Shown here piece after piece: positions 25,910 to 32,000 of a stretch of 32,000 nucleotides of DNA. The notes under the pieces are model-generated. The model had not been told where the DNA came from and ran no database searches. It saw nothing but the letters and a program-made list of their open reading frames with translations. Source of the DNA: Candidatus Iainarchaeum sp. (GTDB lineage: Archaea; Iainarchaeota; Iainarchaeia; Iainarchaeales; 0-14-0-20-34-12). The stretch's first letter is position 1; each line of letters opens with the position of its first letter. The position numbers were made by a program, and so were the translations under genes. The stretch is taken from contig JAUSKK010000054.1 in NCBI GenBank assembly GCA_030649345.1, positions 23,228-55,227 on the forward strand, given 5' to 3'.

Positions 25910-26089
25910 ATGGTATTGAAGCTTTCAAAAACTGAATTCGAACAGTTACAGGAAGAATTGCATGAAATTAGAATGGAACGCTTAAGTTTCACTCTCCGTT
26001 TTTGCACATGGATTCACAATCGAATGCATCCAGATATGTTTAAGCGTTATCCACAAAAATTTCTTCCAGAACCAATTGCATGTGATTAA
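25910..26089 (+). CDS. Hypothetical 59-aa protein
   Basis: Hand translation: MVLKLSKTEFEQLQEELHEIRMERLSFTLRFCTWIHNRMHPDMFKRYPQKFLPEPIACD. A TATA-like ctttaaataaaa lies about 25-30 nt upstream. Its stop (26087-26089) sits 1 nt before the ATG of the next gene. It is one codon short of the track cutoff. Confidence 0.35.
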   Translation: MVLKLSKTEFEQLQEELHEIRMERLSFTLRFCTWIHNRMHPDMFKRYPQKFLPEPIACD

Positions 26090-26090
26090 A

Positions 26091-26288
26091 ATGAACTTCA
26101 AAAACTTAATTGAAAAAATTAAAACTTTCTTCAAAAGCGAACGCGCTCAAAACGAATGGAGCACAGTTTACTTATTGATTGTTTTAATTATTGCCGCGCT
26201 GGTATTAATTGCTGTAGTCAAACCCATGTTCCAACAATCCCAAGATGTAGTGGCTAGAACAACTCAAAGTGTCCAGCAAGGCCCGTAA
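26091..26288 (+). CDS. Small class III signal-peptide pilin (65 aa), candidate major pilin
   Basis: MNFKNLIEKIKTFFKSERA|QNEWSTVYLLIVLIIAALVLIAVVKPMF. This is the layout of short archaeal pilins: basic leader, [KR]A-Q, then a roughly 22-aa hydrophobic helix and a short tail. The track's TTG start at 26076 is probably an over-extension. Confidence 0.7.
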   Translation: MNFKNLIEKIKTFFKSERAQNEWSTVYLLIVLIIAALVLIAVVKPMFQQSQDVVARTTQSVQQGP

Positions 26289-26319
26289 CTTATTTAATTG
26301 TTTTCAAGATTGACTTGTT

Positions 26320-26841
26320 ATGAAGTTTAGATACAAATTTGTTTTGTTTTTAGTTATTTTGGCTTTAATTTATTATTTATTTTCTTTTATTGGCTTAGGC
26401 TCAGCAGTCTTGTCTTTGTATAAGTATGCTTTTTTTGGAATGCTGGCTTTTTTGCTTTTAGTTATTTTGTTGTTAGTTTACCTTGCGTATAGTTTCAGAA
26501 AACGAATGAAAAAAGTTGAAAAAATGTTCAACGAAAAATTTGCACACATGCAAAATATTGATCAAGATTATTGGAAAAATAATGCACCCGAAGAAGTGAA
26601 TTCAAAAATTGTGGAAGAATTAACTCAAGTAACTGAAAAATATAAATCAACGCTAGAAGAATTGGGTGCATTTCCTCCATTGCAAGAAGTCATGTATGTT
26701 TTGGGCCAAAATGAATCCAATTTTAAGCAATTTTACGTTAATCCAAATTTAGAAAAACTAATTTTAGAAGAAAAACAAAACCTTAGTTTTGTCACTATTG
26801 AATACTGCAAAAAAGAATTCGAAAACAAATTCCCGCATTAA
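26320..26841 (+). CDS. Hypothetical membrane protein (2 TM helices plus a soluble K/E-rich domain), 173 aa
   Basis: The N-terminal 60 aa form two hydrophobic helices (FVLFLVILALIYYLFSFIG, FFGMLAFLLLVILLLVYLAY), followed by RKRMKK. No family recognised. It is embedded in the pilus locus. Confidence 0.6.
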   Translation: MKFRYKFVLFLVILALIYYLFSFIGLGSAVLSLYKYAFFGMLAFLLLVILLLVYLAYSFRKRMKKVEKMFNEKFAHMQNIDQDYWKNNAPEEVNSKIVEELTQVTEKYKSTLEELGAFPPLQEVMYVLGQNESNFKQFYVNPNLEKLILEEKQNLSFVTIEYCKKEFENKFPH

Positions 26842-26905
26842 ACACTGGTTTTCTGCAGTTTGTGTATTAAAGTATTAAATAATAGAATTTCCTTAATAGT
26901 GGTAT

Positions 26906-27481
26906 ATGCTTTTTTTCCGAAATTCTAAAGCTCAAATGAGTGCACCCTTTGAGTTATTGGTGGCAGTCATTATTATGGGCTTTGTGATTGTAGTAGGCAT
27001 GCAAGCCTTAGAACAATTAAGAGTAGAACAATGTAAAGGACAAATTCAAAAAAGTATGCAAGATTTTAAATCTGCAATTGAAGAATCAACTAATTTGGGA
27101 ACTCCTCAAAATTTTATTTTTGCTCCTCCGTCTTGTTTTCATTTAGAAACCAGCACAGGAAGAAGAACTGGCGGAGATGAAATTTCAGTCAAGCGTTCCA
27201 CCAATAGTTTTTTGTGCTCGCGTTTATGCGGCGGAACCAAAAACGAATGTGTCTTAATGGAATATTTCAGCCAAGAATATTCTGAACGAGTCTGCATTAA
27301 TATTAGTCCAGTGACGTATTTTATTAGTACCCAGACTGGTGATTGTCCTGCTGAAGATGATCCAAGTAAATACGATCCTGTTGATCCAGCTGTAGCTGTA
27401 TTGCGCGGAAATTATACTTCTATTAATCAAAAAGAAACCGGTGATCCGTTTGACACTATGTGTTTGTATCGAAGAAAATAG
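26906..27481 (+). CDS. Cys-rich archaeal pilin-like protein with class III signal peptide (191 aa)
   Basis: MLFFRNSKA|QMSAPFELLVAVIIMGFVIVVG. The globular part has multiple Cys. The C-terminal end DTMCLYRRK resembles those of the 23001 and 24186 pilins. Confidence 0.75.
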   Translation: MLFFRNSKAQMSAPFELLVAVIIMGFVIVVGMQALEQLRVEQCKGQIQKSMQDFKSAIEESTNLGTPQNFIFAPPSCFHLETSTGRRTGGDEISVKRSTNSFLCSRLCGGTKNECVLMEYFSQEYSERVCINISPVTYFISTQTGDCPAEDDPSKYDPVDPAVAVLRGNYTSINQKETGDPFDTMCLYRRK

Positions 27482-27493
27482 AGTTGAACATTT

Positions 27494-28147
27494 ATGGTGA
27501 TGGTTGGATTTACTTTAAGTAAAATTAATTTGCTGATTTTTGTTACAGCCATGTTTGTGATTATTGTCTATTTTACGTTTGGATTCAGTGAAGTTTTACT
27601 CAAACAACAAACTGCTCAAATGATTAACCGGTACGCAGGCGAAGCTTTAAGCTTGGTGAATTCTAAAAGTTTGTGCGTGCAAAATACCATTACTTTCCCA
27701 GACTCTATTTCGTATGTTGGAAGCCAGCGTATTTTTTATATTTTAAAAATTGAAAAAGTTGAGTCTTTAGATGAAACCAAACCGAATAGTTTAATTTTTA
27801 CAATTTTTCCCAGAAAAGAACCCAACAAAGTTTTGGCTTCCCGAAGAATTGATACTTTGGCTGAAATTCACTTTTTTAATCAACTGCTGGGATCTCCAGC
27901 CGGATTTGAAACAGATGCATTATTTGTTTTAATTGATTCGCAATCCGTGCCTCCCTTGGATTCTTTGTTTATTGCCAAAGAAAGTTTTCAAGGAAACGAA
28001 TTCATTTACTTAACGAACTGTTCTTCTACCACGACCGGCGGTTGTTTTGGAAATGTTCGAGCAGTTGGAAACTGGATTGCGAATTCAGCAGCTGAACGAA
28101 GCAGTGTTTCTTTATGTGTTCCGTATACTGCGAGTGGATCATCCTGA
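27494..28147 (+). CDS. Pilin-like protein with a bacterial-style G|FTL prepilin motif (217 aa)
   Basis: MVMVG|FTLSKINLLIFVTAMFVIIVYFTFGF matches the bacterial type IV prepilin pattern G-F-T-L-x-E plus hydrophobic helix, except that position +5 is Lys rather than Glu. Confidence 0.6.
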   Translation: MVMVGFTLSKINLLIFVTAMFVIIVYFTFGFSEVLLKQQTAQMINRYAGEALSLVNSKSLCVQNTITFPDSISYVGSQRIFYILKIEKVESLDETKPNSLIFTIFPRKEPNKVLASRRIDTLAEIHFFNQLLGSPAGFETDALFVLIDSQSVPPLDSLFIAKESFQGNEFIYLTNCSSTTTGGCFGNVRAVGNWIANSAAERSSVSLCVPYTASGSS

Positions 28148-28824
28148 AAAAAAATTTATTTTCTCAAAAAGGTTCTGCGAAGCATTTTTTGGTAAAGCTT
28201 TTGTGCTTCAGCAAAAAAGGTTTTCTAGGTCCAATTGGAGATGACTTGCCGAGTTTAATTCCTTTGTTGTTTGGTTTGGTGATTTTTTTTGCAACTTTTT
28301 CTTTTGCTTTTCAAGTATTTGACCGGGGCAATTTAGCTTTTGATGATGCTGTCAAAATTGTAAAAATCAGCCAAGGCCTAAAAGGAGATTCGTATTTAGG
28401 AAGTGCAGAAGAATTTTTTCAGTCTTGCCAAGAAGTCAGTGTCCGAGGCTTAAACTTTAAAGCATTTATTGTAGATTATCCTAAGGCAACTATTGCAATG
28501 GGGGCTCCAGGGCCTCCGCGTTTTAAAATTTTAGAATTAACCAATGAATATCCCTCTACTTTGCATAACTTCGGCGTGTTTTCTGTAGCTGATGTTCCTA
28601 ACTGTCCTTTCGAAAGTCTTAATCCTTGTCCTTTAGCTTGTGTTTCTTCTTCAGATTTGCCTATATTAACTGGAAATGAACGCATTCAAACCAGAATGTT
28701 TCCGATTGCTTTTCAAGATCAAAAAAAATGCATGCCTTTTGAAAATCCTTTAACTGACTTTTGTAATAACAGTGGTTTTATTGTTCGTCCTTTGACTTTA
28801 GTGGTTGTAACTTGGAGAGGCTAA
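28114..28824 (+). CDS. Pilin-like or pilus-accessory protein. The start is uncertain (ATG 28114 or in-frame TTG 28189).
   Basis: The ATG at 28114 overlaps the upstream gene by 34 nt. An in-frame TTG at 28189 would give (M)VKLLCFSKKG|FLGPIGDDLPSLIPLLFGLVIFFATFSFAF, a class III-like leader plus hydrophobic helix. Confidence 0.55.
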   Translation: MCSVYCEWIILKKNLFSQKGSAKHFLVKLLCFSKKGFLGPIGDDLPSLIPLLFGLVIFFATFSFAFQVFDRGNLAFDDAVKIVKISQGLKGDSYLGSAEEFFQSCQEVSVRGLNFKAFIVDYPKATIAMGAPGPPRFKILELTNEYPSTLHNFGVFSVADVPNCPFESLNPCPLACVSSSDLPILTGNERIQTRMFPIAFQDQKKCMPFENPLTDFCNNSGFIVRPLTLVVVTWRG

Positions 28825-28825
28825 A

Positions 28826-28963
28826 ATGAATTCAAAATTGCTGATTTTGAAAATTTGTGAAAATTTAGGGGATTTCAAAATAGTTGTTGAAAACTTAATA
28901 GGTTTTCACAATTATAAAATTAAAAATAATTTTATATATTTAAAATTCCAGGAGGGCTTTTAA
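28826..28963 (+). repeat. Copy B of the conserved pre-pilin module. It carries the TATA-like box at 28930-28945 and can be read as a 45-codon ORF.
   Basis: Same sequence as 22894-23004 plus a 30-nt in-frame internal duplication (about 28877-28906; gaaaatttaggggatttc vs gaaaacttaataggttttc). It starts 1 nt after the upstream stop, and its TAA directly abuts the pilin ATG at 28964. Confidence 0.7.
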
Positions 28964-29851
28964 ATGCTTAATCTGAAAAAAGTGTTTAATTCGCGAGCTC
29001 AATCTTCGGTCACAGATGCCATGTATTTTTTGATTATTATTGCCGGCTTGTCTGCTTTTATGTTTGTGATTTCCAATAGCTATGGTCAAAGCATTGACCG
29101 GCAAATGGATTCCCAGTACAGAGTTGAGTATGCGAATTCTGCGTTGAAAACAGTTTTGTATTCAAGTCTGCCGAGAAATGTAAATCAATCTTTAGCTGAA
29201 TCTACGGAAGTGGATTATTTGCTGACTGCCATTAAAGAAGATTATGCTAACACGCGTTCATTAAGTCCGCAAACTCAACTCATTGTTTTAGATACTGTAA
29301 AAGCAGTCATGCAACCGGTTTCAAGTGCATTTGATTTTATGTTTTTTATTTATTTGCCAGAACGTGTATTTGCAGACATTACTCCTTCAGGTACAGGTAC
29401 TGGAGGAACTGCAGTTAGCACTCCAGGCGGAACAGGGACTGATGCAAGCACAACTCCGCAAGCCAGTCAATTGGTTTTATTGATTTTAAAAAAGACACCC
29501 ATTCAAACTGGTTCACCTATTTCAGGCAGGCCAGATTTAGGGAACGAAATTCCAACTGGGCGAAATGCATTTCTGGTGAATAATGAAGTTTATTTCTTTT
29601 GTCAGCCTCCGGATTTTCAATTTATCACCAACCGAATTCTTCCAAGATTAGCAAACTTAGCCAAGCCTTTGGAAAGCCGAGTGTATTTGTCTGTATTTCA
29701 ACGCTTGGGTGCAGGCACTGGCACAGAAACATTTGATGCAAGAGCAAATTTAATTTTATGGACTCCTACTCAATTTACTGATGATGAATTAACGAAATTA
29801 GATTGCGATCCTGAAAGTACAGTGCGTGCCAGTTTGCCTGCAAGTCCTTAA
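28964..29851 (+). CDS. Large pilin-like protein with class III signal peptide and a Thr/Gly-rich linker (295 aa)
   Basis: MLNLKKVFNSRA|QSSVTDAMYFLIIIAGLSAFMFVI. Internal low-complexity tract TPSGTGTGGTAVSTPGGTGTDASTTPQAS. Confidence 0.7.
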   Translation: MLNLKKVFNSRAQSSVTDAMYFLIIIAGLSAFMFVISNSYGQSIDRQMDSQYRVEYANSALKTVLYSSLPRNVNQSLAESTEVDYLLTAIKEDYANTRSLSPQTQLIVLDTVKAVMQPVSSAFDFMFFIYLPERVFADITPSGTGTGGTAVSTPGGTGTDASTTPQASQLVLLILKKTPIQTGSPISGRPDLGNEIPTGRNAFLVNNEVYFFCQPPDFQFITNRILPRLANLAKPLESRVYLSVFQRLGAGTGTETFDARANLILWTPTQFTDDELTKLDCDPESTVRASLPASP

Positions 29852-30802
29852 TTATTTTTTAGAAAACGAATTTACAGTCTTACATTTTGGGCACTGAATT
29901 TTAATTTTTCCAGCCACTATTTCTTTATTGAGTCCGCAATTTTCACAAAAACTAAACCCGCACTTGGAACAATACAAATTTTTTAAAGTTGGTTTTTTGC
30001 AATTCGAACATTTTCCTTTTTCTTCTTCAAATTCTTCCAAGGATTCAATTTCTTCTCCTTCCGCTCCTTCTGTTTCCTCTAAATTTCCTAAACCTAAATC
30101 TTCACTGCCTTCTATTTCTTCCGTTCCTTCTTCACTTTTTAATAATTGTTGAAAATCCATATTTTCTTCTGTGCCTTCCATAGGCTCCAGGGCTTCTTTT
30201 TCTTCTGTTTTCTTTTCTTCCTTTTTTTCTTCCGGTTTCTTTTTGCGTTCATGCCTTTTAGGTTTTTCGTCTTCTTTTTTTTCTTTTTCTTGGCCTTGAA
30301 TGCGTTCTTGTCTTCGTTTCAAAAATCGTTCTCTAGGGCCTTCGGAAGTACTATTTGATGGTTCAAGCACTGCTTCTTCGGTTGGAATTCCCTGAATTTT
30401 TTCTTTTGGAGTTTCTGGTTTTCCTTCTTCTAAGTCTTCCTGCAAAATCATTTCAGCCATTTCATCCAATTCTTCTTCAGTAGGAACCCTATTTTTTTCT
30501 TCTGCAAATTTTTCCAACTCTTGCTGGCTTAGGACTTGAACTTTTTTCTCGGCTTCTTTTTCTTCTTTTTGTTTTTCCATTCGTTTAAAAAAGCGGGCAA
30601 AAAATCCAAGTTTTTGTGTTTCAGGACTTTGAGCTGTCTGTTCTTTTTTTAATGCATTTAATTTTTTCGCTAACTTTTTTCGTTCTTCCGTCATAGGCCG
30701 AAAGCTTTCAGAAAATACTTTTTCAGATTCTGCAGCTTGCGCTGGGGTTGTTTCTTCAGATTGCTGTATTTTTCGCTGCTCGCGTTGTTCTCTTCGGTTC
30801 AT
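29852..30802 (-). CDS. E/K-rich low-complexity protein with a C-terminal double zinc ribbon (316 aa)
   Basis: About 260 aa of charged E/K/Q-rich sequence, then CSNCKKPTLKNLYCSKCGFSFCENCGLNKEIVAGKIKIQCPKCK (four CxxC pairs). Confidence 0.65.
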   Translation of the reverse strand: MNRREQREQRKIQQSEETTPAQAAESEKVFSESFRPMTEERKKLAKKLNALKKEQTAQSPETQKLGFFARFFKRMEKQKEEKEAEKKVQVLSQQELEKFAEEKNRVPTEEELDEMAEMILQEDLEEGKPETPKEKIQGIPTEEAVLEPSNSTSEGPRERFLKRRQERIQGQEKEKKEDEKPKRHERKKKPEEKKEEKKTEEKEALEPMEGTEENMDFQQLLKSEEGTEEIEGSEDLGLGNLEETEGAEGEEIESLEEFEEEKGKCSNCKKPTLKNLYCSKCGFSFCENCGLNKEIVAGKIKIQCPKCKTVNSFSKK

Positions 30803-30806
30803 ACTT

Positions 30807-31850
30807 TTATTCCTTTTTTCCCAATTTTTTTAATTTATCGAATAATCCTTCGCGTACTTTTTTTGTTTCTTGTTTTTGTTCTTCTCGTTTTTGAAATTCT
30901 TGAACTTTTTCCGGGATTCGTTCGCTGATGGGTTCGTCTATAGTTATTTCTTCCAATCCGCTTTTTAACTTTTTGACATTGATTCTGTCTTTTTTAATTG
31001 TTTTTCCTTGGTTAATTTCTTGAATTCTTTGGGTTTCATTTTCTGACATTTCTTTTTCTTCAATGCCCAAGGCATGCTGTATTTCCCAAGGCTTGGTTTG
31101 TCCTTCGGTTTTTGTTTGGCTCATTTTTTGAAGTTTTTCTCTTAATTTTCGCAATACTTCCAGTTTTTCTTCAGTACTTTTTTCTGCCGATTGTTCTTCA
31201 ACTGGATTAACTGGTTCTACTTTGGGCTCAATTTTCTTTTCAGGAAATGCTTTAGTCTCTATTTTTTGAATGGATTCTTCTGGTTTTTCTTTTACTTTCA
31301 ATCGTTCTTCCAATTCTTTTTCCAATAATTTTTGTTCGTCTTGCAGATTTTCGCTGGCTTGTTTTTGGGTTTCTTCTTTTTGTTTTCGTTCTTCTATTCT
31401 TTTTTGTTTTTCAGTTTCTTTTCGAAATTGTTCTTCTTCCATGGATTTTTTTGCTTTTTCTAAAATGATTTGTTTGATTTTTTCTTTTTCTGTTAATTCT
31501 GGAATTTCTTCTTGGTATTGAATTTTTTGTTTGGGTTCATATTTTTGTTCTGTTTTTTGAACTGTTTGTTCTGTTTTTGGTTTAATAAATTGAATAAATG
31601 TAATGACTACTAGTAAAGCGCTGGCCAGTCCTGTGATTGCAATCCAGCTGGTTTTCCAGTTTAATGCAAAATCCAGCATATATCCTAAAACTAAAATGAC
31701 TCCTGAAATTACTAAACCATAGCCTGCACTGTAAATGATTTTTGCTGAGTTGGATTTTTTAAATTCCATTTTTCGCAAGACCAACCAGCCCAACGACGTG
31801 CTTCCCAAGACCAAGTAGGCCATTAAAGCAAGTTCAAATAGGGTAGGCAT
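30807..31850 (-). CDS. Membrane-anchored (about 3 TM helices) E/K-rich coiled-coil-like protein (347 aa)
   Basis: N-terminal helices LALMAYLVLGSTSLGWLVL, IIYSAGYGLVISGVILVLGYML and WIAITGLASALLVVITFIQFI, then about 250 aa of K/E/Q-rich sequence. It lies 4 nt upstream of the zinc-ribbon gene and is probably co-transcribed with it. Confidence 0.65.
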   Translation of the reverse strand: MPTLFELALMAYLVLGSTSLGWLVLRKMEFKKSNSAKIIYSAGYGLVISGVILVLGYMLDFALNWKTSWIAITGLASALLVVITFIQFIKPKTEQTVQKTEQKYEPKQKIQYQEEIPELTEKEKIKQIILEKAKKSMEEEQFRKETEKQKRIEERKQKEETQKQASENLQDEQKLLEKELEERLKVKEKPEESIQKIETKAFPEKKIEPKVEPVNPVEEQSAEKSTEEKLEVLRKLREKLQKMSQTKTEGQTKPWEIQHALGIEEKEMSENETQRIQEINQGKTIKKDRINVKKLKSGLEEITIDEPISERIPEKVQEFQKREEQKQETKKVREGLFDKLKKLGKKE

Positions 31851-31918
31851 TCAATCACAACTTTTTTATATGTCTTACGTGCTATTCGTATTTTAGTATT
31901 TAGCATATTCCGATTATT

Positions 31919-32000
31919 ATGTCTTCCCCTTCAATTCCAGACTTGATTTTTTCATGGTTAATTTCAGTTTTTGATTTGCTGAAAGGAAGTTTGATTTTAT
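31919..32000 (+). CDS. Possible 5' end of an ORF running off the right edge
   Basis: The ATG at 31919 gives MSSPSIPDLIFSWLISVFDLLKGSLIL and stays open to the window end. AT-rich TATA-like sequence lies upstream. It is too short to judge. Confidence 0.25.
   Translation, partial: MSSPSIPDLIFSWLISVFDLLKGSLIL

Noticed and set aside
24174-26090. Track start codons GTG 24174, GTG 24932 and TTG 26076
   Set aside because: In each case an in-frame ATG lies a few codons downstream (24186, 24968, 26091). Each ATG gives the canonical N-terminus (MNSRGQ..., MDKNIITK..., MNFKNL...) and has better upstream context, so the extensions look like artefacts of longest-ORF calling.
29928-31521. Plus-strand F/L/S-rich ORFs (29928-30152, 29989-30183, 30146-30358, 30737-30928, 31270-31521)
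   Set aside because: They are antisense shadows of the purine-rich E/K-coding minus-strand genes. The poly-Phe/Leu/Ser translations follow directly from GAA/AAA-rich codons on the other strand.
1-32000. tRNA, rRNA, transposase, integrase or other classical mobile-element genes
   Set aside because: The intergenic regions are short (mostly under 220 bp), and none showed a cloverleaf-compatible sequence or rRNA-like conservation by eye. No ORF carries DDE, tyrosine or serine recombinase hallmarks. The insertions I infer (doc, dinD) therefore have no visible mobilisation gene. A tRNAscan/Infernal run would settle this.

Overview
The window is AT-rich and densely coding. It looks archaeal, possibly from a small-genome, DPANN-like lineage; that assignment is an inference. 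The supporting signals are class III (archaeal prepilin-type) signal peptides, a FlaI/FlaJ-type pilus core, an exosortase/archaeosortase-family protein, and TATA-like boxes about 20-35 nt upstream of several start codons.

The content falls into three blocks.

(1) 1-14913: two huge minus-strand genes take up almost half the window. One is an open-ended ORF of more than 2,521 codons (1-7564). It is missing from the supplied ORF track because it has no stop inside the window. The other is a complete 2,184-aa ORF (8359-14913). Both have an N-terminal membrane anchor and large, mostly unrecognisable ectodomains. A small basic ORF on the opposite strand lies between them.

(2) 14996-18073: a mixed housekeeping and surface block. 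It holds a rhodanese, a minimal exosortase/archaeosortase-like membrane protein, MutY, and two paralogous lipobox lipoproteins.

(3) 18264-29851: a plus-strand archaeal type IV pilus-like locus. It has an enlarged FlaI/VirB11-family ATPase, a 768-aa FlaJ/TadC-like platform protein, and about seven pilin-like genes with [KR][GA]-Q or G-F signal motifs. No prepilin peptidase is visible. Bacterial-type cargo interrupts the locus: a Doc (Fic-fold) toxin cassette flanked by a duplicated pilin 3' end, and a DinD homologue next to a cluster of palindromic hairpins.

The window ends with two minus-strand E/K-rich genes, one membrane-anchored and one with a C-terminal double zinc ribbon.

No rRNA, tRNA, CRISPR array, transposase or integrase could be recognised.

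The most promising candidate for a new system is the combination of giant anchored surface proteins, a mini-archaeosortase and a multi-pilin pilus locus, which could be a cell-surface or host-contact island. All functional calls come from motif recognition by eye. No database search was run.
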